A DNA stretch of 64,000 bases from Camelus ferus (GCF_009834535.1 NC_045697.1:94366001-94430000), one strand, 5' to 3'. Positions 1-14,650 are shown, counted from the stretch's first letter. Made by a program: numbers and translations. Notes: a model not told the origin generated them from the letters alone.

Positions 1-59
1 ACATTTTTGTATTCAATCAATGAACACATTTTTTTACAAAATTCCATTTATTCAAGGAT

Positions 60-2080
60 AATTCTGATAAAAGATGGAAAAGACCCGTACAATAAAAATT
101 ACAAAACACTGGTGAGAGAAATTAAAGAAAACCTAAGTAATTGGAGTGATATAGGTGAGTCAGAAGGCTCAATATTGTTAAGATGCTAACTATATGCAAA
201 CTTATCTATAATGTACAATGTCATTCCAATCAAAATCTCAGAAAGCTTTTTTGTAAAAATTGCACATTGCACGATGAATCCAAAATTCATGCAAAAATTC
301 AAAGGATGTAGAATAGTCAGCACAATTTGAAAAGAAAAACAAAGTTTGAAGATTCACTGACTTGACTTTACTTACAGTAAAGCTTCTATAATCAAATCAT
401 TGCAGTGTGGGCATAAAGATAAACAAATAGATTAATGTAAACAAATAGAGTCCAAAAATTGATCCATATATATATACATACATATATATATATACACACA
501 CATACATATATATATATATAAAATCTTATTTTTGATGAAGTTGCAAATGCAATTCAGTGGAGAAAGGATATCTTTTCATCAATAGGACTAAAACATTTGA
601 ATATCCATTGCAAAATGATGAACTTCAAAGACCACTGCACACTGATCATACCCTTGAACAAAGTGAGGGTTAGTGGAGCAAAACTTACGTATGCTCTCCA
701 TATCCCAGGTTCTTCGACCTAAGAGGTTCGTCTGTATCCGTGATTCCAAATAGCTACATTCAACCAATCACGATTACATAGTACTGGGTAGTATCTATCT
801 ATTTTTAAAAATCCCTGTATAAGTGGACCTGCTGACTTCAAACCAGTGTTGCTCAAGGGTCAACTGTGTATACAAAAATGAACTCAAAATGGATCACAGA
901 ATTAAATGTAAAAGCTAAAACTATAAATTTCTAGTAAAAAACAGGAGATATTATTTATAACCTTAAATTAGCAAATAATTCTTTCATGCAACAGCAACAA
1001 CTCAATCTATAAAATAATGAATTGATAAAGTAGATTTTATCAAATTAAAATTTTAGTTCTTCAAATAATAATATGAAGAAAATTAAGCTTTCCATAGATT
1101 GGGGGAAAATATTTGCAAATCACTTGTATTTATAAAGTACTTATATTAAAAAAATAAAGATTCTTAAAACTCAGTAACATGAAAACAGCCCAATAAAAAT
1201 TAGACAAAATATTTGAACAGAAATTTTATCAAAGAAGATATATGAATACAAACACATTTGAAAAGATGTTGAACATCAGTAGTCATTAGGAAAATGTAAA
1301 TTAAACCTAAAATGACATGTCATTACATACCTAAATGACTAAATTGACTAAAATTAAAAACAAAATAAAATATAAATCAGCTGATCATATCAAACACTGA
1401 CAAGCATGTGGAAAAACTGGCAGTCTCGTATCTTGCTGGTTTGACTATAAAATGGTACAACCACTTTGAAAAACATTTTGACATTTCCTTAAAATAGTAA
1501 ACAAACACATATCTATCATATGTTCCAGTCATTTCATTCCTAGGTATTTACCCAGGATAAAAGAAAGTAAATGTTCATACAAAGACTTGGATGTGAATCT
1601 TTATAGTAGCTATATGTGTAATAACTCCGGATGGAAACTACTCAGATTTCCACCAATAGGGGGGTGAATAAACAAATTGTGGTTTAACCAAACAATAGAC
1701 TATGACTCAGCAATAAAAAGTGAGTGAATTATAGGTACATATAACAACATGGATGAAATAAAATAATTATGCTGCATTGAAAAAATTCTGACAAAAAGTA
1801 CATATGCTATAATTTCATTTACTCAAAACTCCAGAAAAAAAAAATCAATCTATAATGGAAGGAAGCATGTCCATGGTTGCATGAGGAACGGGATGAGGAG
1901 AGGTTCAAGAGGAAGCAGATTTCAAAAAGCCATGTGGACTTTTCAGGAGGCAAAGCATAGATTCAACTCTCTTAAATTGTTTCAAGAATGTATTCATATT
2001 TCAAGTGTATCAAATTATAAATTTTAAGCATGCTCTGTATTACATGTCAGTTATGCCTTAAAGTTGTGGAAATTAAAAAA
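60..2080 (+). mobile_element. Old L1 (L1M, 3' UTR L1ME-like): decayed 3' part of ORF2 plus 3' UTR
   Basis: Translation NYKTLVREIKENLSNW matches L1 ORF2. Typical blocks follow in order (aactcaaaatggatcacaga, cattccattcctaggtatttaccca-like, acaacatggatgaa). Many stops and frameshifts. Confidence 0.9.
643..866. mobile_element. Non-autonomous Tigger2-like (TcMar) DNA transposon nested in the L1
   Basis: Inverted ends cccttgaacaa (651) and ttgctcaagggtcaactg (849-866), with internal gtataagtggacc. L1 sequence resumes in register on both sides. Confidence 0.8.
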
Positions 2081-4273
2081 ATATATATATGGGATGTTAT
2101 GATTTTTTTGCAAAGTAAAACTATAAACATTGAAAAATATTTCTAGGTCATTTTCAGATTCAATTTGTATATTATGGGATCCTAGAAAAGTTCATAAAAG
2201 TCTCCATTTTACCACAATATTTTAAAATAGGAACTCACTGAAATCAGTAAGCAAGCTGCACATTCTACTTAAGGAAGCAATTCATTGCAGCAATTCTTCT
2301 CCTTGCCTTGACTGGTGATTTTATGATGTGGTCTGAAACCAGAATGCATAGACTTGCTGCTGTTTCTCTCAACATCTTTTCATTTTAGGTACTTCAAGAA
2401 ATGGCCCCAGTGTATCCTCTTACTAATACTTGAACATTACGTTTTTCTCCCTAGGCTTGGTTCTGTCCTGTAATTCCATTCTTTGTACCTATTCAGAATT
2501 GATACCTAGTTTGTTCACATAAGGAAATTGAAATGTGAAACATTGGCCTTATACATTACAAGTGTTTTACCATTAGTGTTTAATATATAGTAATTATAGA
2601 AATTGTTGCTGATAGGCTGATTTTATGTATGTATATATATATATAGCTTACTTGCATTTAACTTTTTATTAAGCAAAGTAAATAATGTAGGTCATTCAAT
2701 TATTTAGCAATTGTTTTTTGCGTTTCTGCTATAAATCTGATCATGCCATTATCTCCAGAGATTCAAAGATAAATTGAATAAATGTCCTGTTCTTTTAAGC
2801 CCACGTGTTAAATATTTGATGAGTTTCCAACTGAAGATTTGCAATTTATATAGCAATAACTTTTTAAAATATAGCATAACTTTTTGTGTACATCATTATG
2901 TTTTACTGAGTAGATGTTTATTCATTATGTATAATCTCACAGATACCACCAGAAGTCATGTTCTGTCCTGGTGAAAAGAGTTACTGCAAAATTTATGACT
3001 TCTTTGAGTAGGGCTAATGAAAGATAACTGAATTAGTTATTTTCCAAGATATAAGATATTTCAAAGTTTGCTGTGTGACATAAAAAGAAATATACCTCAA
3101 AGATGAGAAAAATTAATCAGAACACTTAAATTTGGCCATTTTTAATTTTAACCTACTAACTCATTTATTTGGATATATGACAATTGGAGCATTAATTTCA
3201 AATTCTTCATTGCCTATGTTCAAGCAACATTTCTGAATCAAATCTCCATGACTGCCAGAGCCACATTCTCAGGAGAGTCTATTTCACTTTGGCTCTAATT
3301 ACAGCAAAATGGAGGTAAAGAATAGTATGAGATCAGCAGTACAGTATTATTTGGAAATGTTCGGCCTAGTTACCTGGGAGGCACCCCAGGTTTGCCTGCT
3401 AACAGATTTATGACAGGTTCTCAATTGCCTGAAGCAGCCTCAGTGGTTGGTTTCATTCCATTATAACTCTAAAGGACTATGATTGTTGATCTAGTAAATT
3501 TAAGTGGGACAATTTTGCAGTTTTTTTTCTAATGAAAATTATTTAATGTATGCGTAATCTGCCACAGGGTAAGTACCCATTTAAAGTTTTATAAAGATTT
3601 AATTTGTCTAGGATCACATGCCTAAATTTAAGCACCAGGTTGAGCTGAAATCATATATAAAAATTATATATACATATATATATATCATGTAGTATGTATA
3701 GTGCATTATATAAATATATAGCGTTGCATCAGTGAAAATTATAGAATAAGTAGAAATATATTGTTATTGTATGAATGAAAATATCATCAGTACTGGTAAG
3801 GCATATTTATGAGTTAATATTTTATCATTGATTGAAATTTGTGTTTACCCTACCTCTTATGCAGCATCTGAGTTAAATCACAGGTAGATCTGAAACTAGA
3901 AGTAAATTTTCTTTGCATATGTACAACAAAGCGTTTTCATGAAAAGAGACTTAGAAAATGATGATAATGTTCTCAGGTATATTACATATGTTTATTTATA
4001 ATATAAGTAATTTTGAATAAAAAATAATCTACCTTTTCCTATTTGGAAATTATCAAATTAGTTCTGCCTGTAATCTAGATTTCTAAGAACATTTATATTA
4101 ATATGTTACTACTTGAATATTTCATTATTTGTATTTTATTAATTAATCTTGAATATCATATCATTTAAATCATCACTGTGCCTTCACATTATCTTCACCT
4201 TTAGTTTTTATTTGGTGAGTACTTAAGACATATTTATGTAGTTTGCAGCTGTTTTCTCTTATGTTTGAAAATG

Positions 4274-4840
4274 TAACTGGGATCAGCGCTGCCTCAGCCA
4301 GCTGATCAAGGTCAACATCCGCGGGGGTCAGTCAGGTTCATAGCATGTACCTTTGAAATGATACGATGAAAATGGCGTTTTACCTCTGTGGTCTTCCTCC
4401 TTAAAACACAGAGCCCAGTCTTGTCATGAGAATGACATTAGACATAAACCAGTATTGAGGTATTGTACAAAATGTCTGACCTATACTTCTCAAAACCATT
4501 AAGACCATTAAAAACAAGACAAACCTTAAAAAGGATCACAGTTGAGAAGATCCTACGGAGACATGATAGTAAAATGTAACTTAGTGACCTGGATGGAATG
4601 TGCTGGAATAGAAAAAGGACTTTAGGTAAAAACTAAGGAAATTCTGAATAAATTCTGAATAAATTATTGACTTTAGTTAATAATAGTGTATTGATATTGG
4701 TTCATTAAATATAACAAAGGTACCATATTAATGTAAGATGTTAATAAGAGTAACGGTGTCTGGGGTATATAGGAACTGTCTGTAGTGTCTTTGTAATATT
4801 TCTTTAACCTAAAACCCCTAAAACAAAAATCTATTTAAAA
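4274..4840 (+). mobile_element. L1MC/L1MD-type 3' UTR fragment
   Basis: Diagnostic blocks gatcaaggtcaacatc, acctctgtggtcttcctcc, ctggaatagaaaaaggac and gtaccatattaatgtaagatgttaat. Homologous to 63224-63710. Confidence 0.85.
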
Positions 4841-5792
4841 GTCAGTAACAAGGACTGATTAATTTTATTTATTGGTTATCACAATGACATAAACAGAAGA
4901 CAAAAACATCATGGGAAAATAAAATATAGAATTATTTAAATAGTTTTATTTCATTAAATTTAACTTAGATTGCTTCATCATATACTTTTAAGAAACTTAT
5001 TTATACTCAGGGTGGCTGGAATAGAGAACACACAAAGCCAATGCCTTTATAGCTATACTGTAAAAATTTGATTATATTTTTATGTGACTTATACTGCTAT
5101 CTGTAAATATACTCTGACAATTTTATATCAGTTCTAATACAGTAGCAGATATTTTTAAAGAAAAAAATCGTATTTCCCCTTCATATAACAAATGTCACCT
5201 ATACATCACTCAACTCTGTATAATCCTAATTTATAATTCTATATTAGGGGGCAATATCTTTTTATAACCACTGCTAGTGATTAACTTTTGTTCTAAATCA
5301 CAAATATTCTTCTGTCCTTGTAATTGCTTTGTTAGAAATTTGACTAACAATAGATGCTTTAAAAACAGATGCTGCTTCTATTTTTCAATGTTATATGTCT
5401 ATTGAACACTATCAATTAATAGAAATTATAAATATTAGAGATGATCTCTTGGGCAAGTCATACTGTGGATATCTATAATAAAAATCACCTCTTAGAACTA
5501 ATAAGCTGCAAGTTACTCAACATTTGAGCATTGATAAATACATTTTAAAAAATCACAGAAACTGATTACAAATTTTTAAATTAAAATGCTGTATAAAATT
5601 TCAGTTATAAGGTCCAATGGGAAATTTTCTATAAATCTACCAACATATCTTTGAATCCCAAATCTATGTATATTTTGGCCTCTTCTTGGGTGAGAGGAAA
5701 GAAAAAAAAGCATACATGCTACAACTGTGGAAAATCTAGCCTTGTATAAATTCAAAGGATTTTAATGTTGAAACAAATACAATTTCCCAAAA

Positions 5793-5981
5793 CAGGTATG
5801 TTCAGTGGAACTTTGTGTGGTGATAACAGTTTTCTGCACCATGTAATTGCTTGAAATTACATGGTATGACTGGTATGAAATTACTGATGTGACTTGAGGG
5901 TCTTAATTTTTATTTACTTTAACTTAGATTTTAATTTAAATGGTCATATGTAACTAATGGCTAATCTATTGAACCAAGAAG
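5793..5981 (+). mobile_element. MER3-like hAT-Charlie MITE
   Basis: Ends resemble MER3 (cag..gttcagtggaactttg; aaatggtcatatgtaactaatggcta..tattgaac) around an AT-rich core. Confidence 0.6.
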
Positions 5982-6491
5982 CCTAAGGCAATGGACTATA
6001 GTTTTTTTTTTCCCCCCTTGGATACATTAAAATAATGGAAATTATGTGACATGCAGTATATTGTAAACATTGGGAATTAAAAAAAAAACAGTTAAACTAC
6101 TTTTTAGAAGGTGCCCAGGGTAAAACATCGAGATTTGATATCCACTATTATACATTTAAAGAATACCTGAAAAATCTATCATCAGAAATTTTACAAGTTT
6201 TTTTTTTCTTTGAACTCATATTTCATTACTGAACACACACACAATTTTAAATACTAATGAGTTACGTAGTTTTACTTCAGCATTTCTATTATGTTCAAAC
6301 ATACTTAACTGTTAATGTATAAATTATAAATATTTATTTTCTTATGTCCTTGAAACTTTGTCTCTGAACCTTTGTTTTTTCTTTTATTGATTCTTTGCAT
6401 TTATTAGTAGGGCACAATTGATTAAAGGACACATTTTAATAGTTATCAAATATATGAAGTAAATTCTGTTAATAATGAAACTCAATGGATG

Positions 6492-7041
6492 TGTTGGGCT
6501 GCACCCGACAGGCCTTCAAGCCCTGTAACTGCTCAACTTCTAGTTCTAAGAAAGAGCCCTGAGTCAGTGACAGAGACATCAATGGTTTATTGGATAGGGA
6601 ATCTTACACATGCTAAGCAAGGTCCTGGAATGACACCCCATCCTATGAGGCAGAAGGCACCAGTCTCTGCTAGGGAGTGGGTGTATAGTGGAGAGGAGAG
6701 AGAGGTTACCAATTATAGGGGGAATTAACATCAGGTTGCCTCATCTGTTACCAGAAAAACCAGCAGAGAGGCACACCCCTTACAACCCCTCGGGTTAATA
6801 ATTGTCAGGGAAGGTAAATGTTACTCTTTGATAAAGTAGCAGGTTGGAGCCATTCTGGCCCAAGGATTAGAATAATCACTAGCTGGGTTCAGGGGGCAAG
6901 CACGTAGGCAGTGACTGACTGTGCTCTATGATTAAGAGGGAAGTTCAGTCAGGTGAGTAGGTACAGGGGAAGCAGGCACTGGTCCAGCAGAGGATGGACA
7001 GAGAGCAAGAGAGCAGCCATCTTGAATGGTGTGACCATACA
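6492..7041 (-). mobile_element. Solo ERV-type LTR (~550 bp), family not identified
   Basis: Abrupt GC-richer block with TG...CA ends. On the minus strand it has CAAGATGGC near the 5' end, a TATA-like tataca near 6685 and AATAAA at 6591-6586, about 95 nt before the end. Confidence 0.75.
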
Positions 7042-8082
7042 GTGTGTTCTTATTTATTATTACAAAGAGTTCAACAGCAATTCAATAATGTTTTCATTTT
7101 GCTGTTCACCTAAATAAGTATATGAAACTACCTTATTATAAATATAACAGTATATAATACATAACTTTTGCTATGGCCGTATTATTCAGATATTTTCTCT
7201 GTGGGTTACATGTCGATATTGACATAGTAAATAGTATCTAAATCATCTGTCACTGGAAAACTCAAAAATTTTTTTCTCTTTGAATGTAAATTGATGAAAA
7301 TCACTTGATCTGCAAAAATTATTGATTTCTAGAGAAATTATTGGCTGAGACTTATTAGAGGCCTATAACTTTGCACTTCACTTTTTATACAGTCACCTTG
7401 TAGTATATCTTTTACTCTTATATAGAGGCATCTTGTACTCTAAAGGCCAGCAAATAGTTAAGTATTGTTAATTTCAAAATACATTTTCAATGAAATATTT
7501 TTGATAAAATTCTTTGGCTTATCATGTTATAAACATGTTTTATTCAGAACACTGTGGAGACATATTTTCTCATTCAGTCTCTAGAAATTTCCCCCACAAT
7601 TAAATTGAGAAAGCCAAACTAATTGTCACTTCCATCAGTCAAATCAGATTAACTTTCTGTAAGAAAACAGTCTGACTTTGTTTTTTAACTCAAATAAAGA
7701 TATGAAGACAATTTCTCAGATTAAGCATTTCTCTTCTTAATTCTGATTTGTGATACAGGTAGATAAGGCAAGATCCGTGCTGTGATTGTCACATGGAACA
7801 ACACAAGATACCACTCTCTTCATGATTTTATAGAGATCTTTTGTTTTTGACTCCTATAAGATCACTCTCAGAAAAATGCATTTTTTGGCAACAGTAGAGA
7901 TAAATATAGTAAGGCCATTAAAGAGAAGCTGCATAATTCCTTCCCCTTCCTACAAGATACATGAATTCTGAGTATCACAGCATGAGTCAAACGACTGTGT
8001 TTTTTCTGCTAAACTACTTCCTAATCCAAAATTCACACAAGATAGGGGAAGGCAAAAATTCTTACAGTGGGTAATTTCATAC

Positions 8083-8313
8083 TTTTTTTTTTAAGTTTTT
8101 TTTTAACTTTTTAAAATGGAGTTATAGTCATTTTACAATGTTGTGTCGAATTCCAGTGTACAGCAAAATTTTTCAGTTATACATGAACATATATATATTC
8201 ATTGTCACATTTTTTTCTCTGTGAGTTACCACAAGATCTTGTATATATTTCCCTGTGCTATACAGTATAATTTTGTTTATCTGTTCTACATTTTGAAATC
8301 CCAATCTGTCCCT
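8083..8313 (-). mobile_element. 5'-truncated young L1 3' end
   Basis: Poly(T) followed by reverse L1 3' UTR (ttccctgtgctatacagta). Exact 11-bp TSD taatttcatac at 8072-8082 and 8314-8324. Confidence 0.93.
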
Positions 8314-9926
8314 TAATTTCATACCTTGATTAAGGATCTACCCAGACACCAATATTATCACTTTGTTTGGCACCCTAATAGGCAGTTGGCCAAGGTGAAA
8401 TATATACTTTTATTTTGTCAAATGGGAAAAGAGAGAAAGGACAAGTCTGAGAAAGAAAAAAACAACAACAAAACAAAACAGTGTGTTATTTCCATTCCAG
8501 TTGTGTTCCCAGACCACTTTTAGAAAAGCATATATAGAAGTGGAAGTCTGGAAAGTAATGCCCTATAGATAATATATGTTCATGTAACCTTTAAAACTCA
8601 TTGCGTATATCTCCAGTATTACAAAGTTTCTGTCTGAAGACTATTGATAGGTGGTATTATTAGAAATAGGAAACATTCTGACCTTTGATGGTAAGATATA
8701 TGAAAACCATTTTGTCTACATTTTCCACATTAAAGAAAAAACTCATGCTTAAACCAAAGAAAGTTTGCATTAATTTACAAGCATTTAAGCACTTGTGGTG
8801 ATGGAGCTGTACTTGCTGTTTTAAAACTGATAAAGTCACTACTACTCCCTATAACAAAAGGAATTTAAAGCATAATTAATACCTCATTTCTAAATTTTAA
8901 ATATAAATTAAATTTAGCATATGTCAGATATGCATTTAGATAAGTATAAAATTTCAGAGAAGGAATATAGTTATAGTTTTTTCTAGTTGCAAAACTGATG
9001 CAACTAAAGGCATAACTGATGTTTGTTAAACATTAAATGCACTTTTCAAGAAAGGGTATTATGTAAACTTAATTGTCCCTCATAATATATTTTTTAAGTT
9101 TACATATTCTTAACTTATAATTTTATCAAAATTAAAATGTTAGCAATTTACTTACTACCCATTCTTTGAACATTAACAATCTTTTGATTTGAAAGTAAGA
9201 TGCACTTACTACTTTTTGCAGTTATTTGTGGAAAAAGTTTCTGCTTATCCATACTTCTACCTCTTCAACAGAAAGGAAATCTCTCCTGATTCTTTTTATT
9301 TTTTTTTTTTACTTAGAGTACCATAAATTATTTTCCTTTCTATTCTCAATAACAACAAAAGATAAAAATTGTAAGCTATCATCAACCTTTCATCTAAATC
9401 TTGGAACTATTTCATCATTGCCAAATTGCAAACTTAAAGAAAGTTGTTCCTTTTCCTTTCCATTGATTTTTAAAGGTGATTGAATTCGAGAATTGCTAGT
9501 GTGGATAATCCAAGCCCACTACACAAAATCTTATATTTGTATTCAATTGCTTCTTGCTGCTTCTCTCATCATACCATTCCTTCTTATTTAACCCAACCAC
9601 AGGTTATGTTTAATTTGAAGAAAGATCAAGGCATTTTTCATTGAGGAATCTAGACAAAGCATCTATCTGTACATAGTATAATGGATTTTAATAATGAATT
9701 TTCTCAGGTCAGCAATCAAACCATTGGTATCTGTCTACACTGTACCTCAAAAACTAAAGAAGTAGTGACTACTGTGGGAAGTATCTCTTTATGCCCCTAT
9801 TGATAGGTTATGTAGTTCTTGTAAGACACAATTTCTACTGAAACTTAAAAAGAGCTACCTACCTACCTTTTTGGTTAATAATGTTCTCTGATAAAATCTG
9901 AATCCATTCTGAAAACACTTGGCCTC

Positions 9927-9963
9927 TGTGTTGGTCAGGGTTCTCCAGAGAAACAGAACTGAT

Positions 9964-10002
<39 letters not shown>

Positions 10003-10371
10003 GTGTGTGTGTGTGTGCGATTTATTTGAAGGAGTTGACTCATGTAATTGCAGAGGCTGGTGAGTACAAACTCAGCAGGGTAAGCCATCAGGCTAGAGAC
10101 TTGGGAAAGAGTCTACACTGTAGTTCAAGTCCTAAGGCCAACTGCTAGCAGAATTCTCTCTTTGGAGAAATCAGTCTTTTTCTGAAGGCCTTCAGCTCAT
10201 TGGATGCATCTCACCCACATTACCAAGGGTAGTCTGCTTTACTCAAAGCCCACCAATTTGAACATTAATCTCATTCGAAAAATACCTTCACATTAACATC
10301 TAAAATTATATTTGACCAAATATCTGAGTACTGTGGCCAAGCCAAGTTGGCACATAAAATTAACCATCACA
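9927..10371 (-). mobile_element. MLT2 (ERVL) solo LTR with internal (GT)n
   Basis: gtcagggttctccagagaaacagaac ... ccaagttggcacataaaattaaccatcaca are the reverse-complement MLT2 termini. Confidence 0.92.
9967..10017. repeat. Interrupted (GT)n microsatellite
   Basis: Directly visible. Confidence 0.97.
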
Positions 10372-13300
10372 GGTTCTGTCATTTATTCTTTCTCTCTCAC
10401 TCTTAAGTTTAGAATTTTGTACTTATGATGTAAGTGTAATCACAATAGGTCATGTCAGTGTCAGGGATTCATCCAAAATTCCTGAAGTTTTATACACACA
10501 CACACGTGTTTATATACATATATGTATATATATATAATTTCATACAGATACTGAGTACTGCACAGTTTGTATGCATTTTTGTTTTGAAAATGAAGGCAGT
10601 AAATATTTTTATTTCATATCATATCTTACTGGTCACTCTATTAACCATGCATAAGAAAACAAGCACTCCTGATCAACATGAATGAATTTTGGCAACTCTG
10701 AAAAAACTGAAGAAAAATATATTTATTAGGATTTTGACTCTTATGCTGAGAGGATTCATATAACTTTGACCAAAACATTGCTTCTAGGTTCTGATGTAAG
10801 AAATGAAAAACAGTCATAATCAATGGCTTAGTAACATTTGTATTTATACTGAATGACTGATTTAATTGCCCCCTAGTATTTACTTGTTGGCTCAGTAATA
10901 CAGAATTGGTGGATTCCTATGTCCTTACAGTTGCCCAGGATAAAAGTTATTCCATTACAATCTGGTGATTATTTATTTTATTCAATATTTCCCCCCATAG
11001 AATTTTACTGACTGCCCATACAAGGACAGATAATAGTGTCACATCTCATTTCTGTTGTGTTTATCAGGATGAATTATGTTGCCCATCTTTTCATCAGAGC
11101 ACATTTTTTCAGTGAAGAATAAAATTCCTTGGGCCAGTGAGCAACAGGAGCATGTCCAGGGTCCGAAATGAGGAAGGAGAATATATAATACAATAATGTG
11201 CCTCCTCATTACAATCCTGCCTATAACTTTATCACAATTCTTCTCCCAGTCTTTTTTTTGTGTATAGTTACTTTCTTTATAGGACTATGAAAAGCAGTCT
11301 ACACCAGATTCAGACTTTACACAAATTTTTATGAAGTCCTGCGCCTCTCAATAGACAAGGAGAAAACATATAATTTATAGGTGTATCTATGGAGCTGCGA
11401 TAAACAAAGTGAAGGTAGTCCCTCCAAAAAACAAAACAACAAAACAAAACAAAACAAACCTAAAGTGAAGGTAATACTTAATAAAGCTCATGACAGTAAT
11501 CTCTATAAATGATCATAAAATTAAGATCATCCATAAAATTAAGGTCAAATTTTTCCCTCAGTTTTCTGACGGATGTGTAATTGACCACATTGCCCTGAAT
11601 TCATTCACTTGATAAGCAGAAATGTGTCTGTGTTCAATTACGGGCCTTCATTTTTTGCCTGTATTTCATTTCTAGTGATGAGATAAACATTAGCTTCAAT
11701 CCAAATTAATTGTCTTTCGAAAAATTTATATTTGTGATTATTTGTTGTATTTCTAGGATAAGAGGAGGCTAAGTTTAGAAATCACTTTACCTTTTCTCTA
11801 CCAATACTCAAACTCAGACTCTTCCTCTAAGCCTCTGTGGGTTTATCTAACTGATGCATTCATCAATCTCAAATGTCATCATTGCAAAATGTCACTATCT
11901 TATGCTGTGTTGACTCGGGGCTTATAGTTTCTTCAAGGAGACAACTGAATTCCCAACTATTAAATATTTATAATTAATGTATGTGACTAATTCATGCGGA
12001 AGCTTGTTTCTTACTTGTTTACTCTGTTTTTCAAATTTTGTTTTTCCTTTTAAGTTACTTTTCACCTTTATTCTGCTTATCATTTTCTCTCAAGTCACTT
12101 ACTTTCACTTTTTTCTTTATTTTATTGACATAATCTGACTTTGAAAGTTCTCATTTACATTTTTCTTACTTCCTTTTTTTATTTCACAGGAACTAAGAAG
12201 TCCTACATATTTTCCCCCCAAAACCCTTTAATTGCAATGGGAAAGTCCCATGTAGCTAGCAGTGCTACCAGAAAGGTAACCCAGGAGAAAGCAATTCAAC
12301 TTAAGTTTTAATTGATTCCATGAGGAAAGAAAGCAGTAGGTTTGCAGTTAAATACTTGAAACAATTTGTATATTTTGTTGGGATAAAATATAGGATTAGT
12401 TGTCCAAGGCTTAGTTTTATAGGAGCTGAAAATGGAAAAAGAGAAAATGATGGAGAGTAGCTTAAGAAGGTAGGTAAAACAGAATTTGCAAAAATATTCA
12501 AAGGTGCTTCATAAAATAGAACTAAAATTTTGCAAAGCCACATATTCAAATACATATTCATTAAGACAGAATATAAATATAATTAACCAGCCCCACCCAA
12601 TTTCTCTTTCTATTTGCCCAGTTAGCTCCACAATTATGTAACTGTGGTGTCCTAAATCAAACTACTAACAAAATATTATTTCTCTGTTCTGTACCCTTCA
12701 ATATATAGATGGCAAATGAAGCTTATTTTACGTGTGCATTGAATTATTGGATATTGACTTCTGGAGAGCTCTGCCTAGCAGACCTAGAGACTCTATCTGA
12801 GTTCAGGGACAGAACAATGAGTTGTGTCTTGAACTAGTGAGGGGGAGTGGGGACGTACCACCTGCACCTACATTGACATTTTAGATATACATACTTTTCA
12901 CATAGGAATTCAACTTATTATTTCATTTGTGATTCATAGTAATATTTAGAAAATAGCTTTGAAATACGTTATAAATGACTGAAAAAGTACAAAATTTGAC
13001 TGAGTAAGAAAAAGTGGGAAAATAATAGATTATATAAAATTATTTTAAATATGATATTAAAATATGGGAAAGTGTATTTTTATATAATAAAGTCAAATAT
13101 ATTCTGTAATGTTAACTATATTATTCATATGAAAGTTCATCTAATTAAAGATGAAAAAACTGCTTTCAGTTGTGTGTAACTAAAAATTAACATAGCATAT
13201 ATAAAATACCTTTTTGTTGTTAAACATCCAATTAAAAAGTTTCATATGTCCAATATATATAAAATATAATATGTAGGTATGTACAGTGCATATATAGTTT

Positions 13301-13899
13301 GCAGCAGTTATCTGAAAATCTTTAAGGGAATTTTGTTAAATCTTTAATTGCCCGAGTTTCGTTCTTATATTTAAAAAGAAAGTTTCTTAGGAAAAAGGAA
13401 TGTTAAATAATTTGGTATGTTTCTTCCATGTGTCTATAGACTCCAACATTTATTTGTGGAGTAAAATTAAAATTTTATATTTCTGACATTGCCCAACAAA
13501 TTGAACTGCATATGCTTTTCAATGACTCATTTATAAAATAGCTGATTTGATACTCATATCAAATGGAAGCAGGTCAGTGTTTCAATACGGGAAACCAAAT
13601 CTAAACATAGCTCACTGAGATTTCTCTATTGAAAAGCCTCTGTTGTCCTTTAGCAAACCACTGAAGTGAATTTAGTGGCTGGGAAAACTGCCAGATAAAC
13701 AAAAATACAAACCAAACTCCTTTAAACCATAAAATTACAACATCAAAGGAAGCATAATTACCAGTCTTCACATCCTGGTCCTCCTGGCTACTTCAATTCT
13801 GCCCTGACAGAGACTAAGTTTTTTTTAAAGTGAGAAATCAGGCTTAATTTTGGTTTTAACAAAATCTAAATTTTTCTATACTGATACATGCAGATTAAA

Positions 13900-14650
13900 T
13901 AGCCTTCTTCTTTACATTACATTTTTGTTATTAAAAACTAATAATACTTCTTAAATTATCAACATATATGAACACGTCACAAGCATACATGTATAAATAT
14001 TTCCAATTAGTAATAAAATTAAAAAGCAACAATCTGCTTACTGGTGAAAACCTAAAGGTACTGACATTACAATTAGAATAATGAAAGGTGGCCCTTCTTC
14101 ACCCACAGTTTTAACATAAGTATAAACATAAAAATATAGTTAAGAAAGCATGACATCAATGATGGAAAAAAGAGTAAGAAAGCTGTTATGTGTAAAAGAA
14201 TATATTTAAGTGGAAAAATACTAAAATTTATATATGTCCTATATATAAAATTATTGTTTTGAGGTCATATAATAAACAAAAAGTTAATAGATTTAAAATA
14301 AAAACATTTCAAAATAAATTTTAAAATTGATCCATTCAAAGTGATGTTTCTCCTGCTTGCGCTCTCTATGAGTATGTATTTAACTTGCTACAAGTGGAAA
14401 GGCACAGGGTCTATATGAGGATAAGTAAAAACTACTGTTAAGACACCTTAATGAAGACTTTAAATAAAGGGACATGTAATGGATTCAAATATTTGATTTT
14501 ATAAAGAAATTAATTATCCTTACAATAAGAATCATGTATTATTTAATCAAAACCAATCATATATCTCAACATTTTGAGGGGACTTGTGTACATGTATATC
14601 ATAATTCAAAACCCTAGTTTATTTAAAAGATATAAATACCTAGCAATAAA
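13900..14650 (+). mobile_element. Very old L1 ORF2 (RT region) fragment
   Basis: ttactggtgaaaacctaaagg...ggcccttcttcacccacagttttaacata resembles the NGEKL..GCPLSP region of L1 RT. Highly decayed. Confidence 0.6.
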
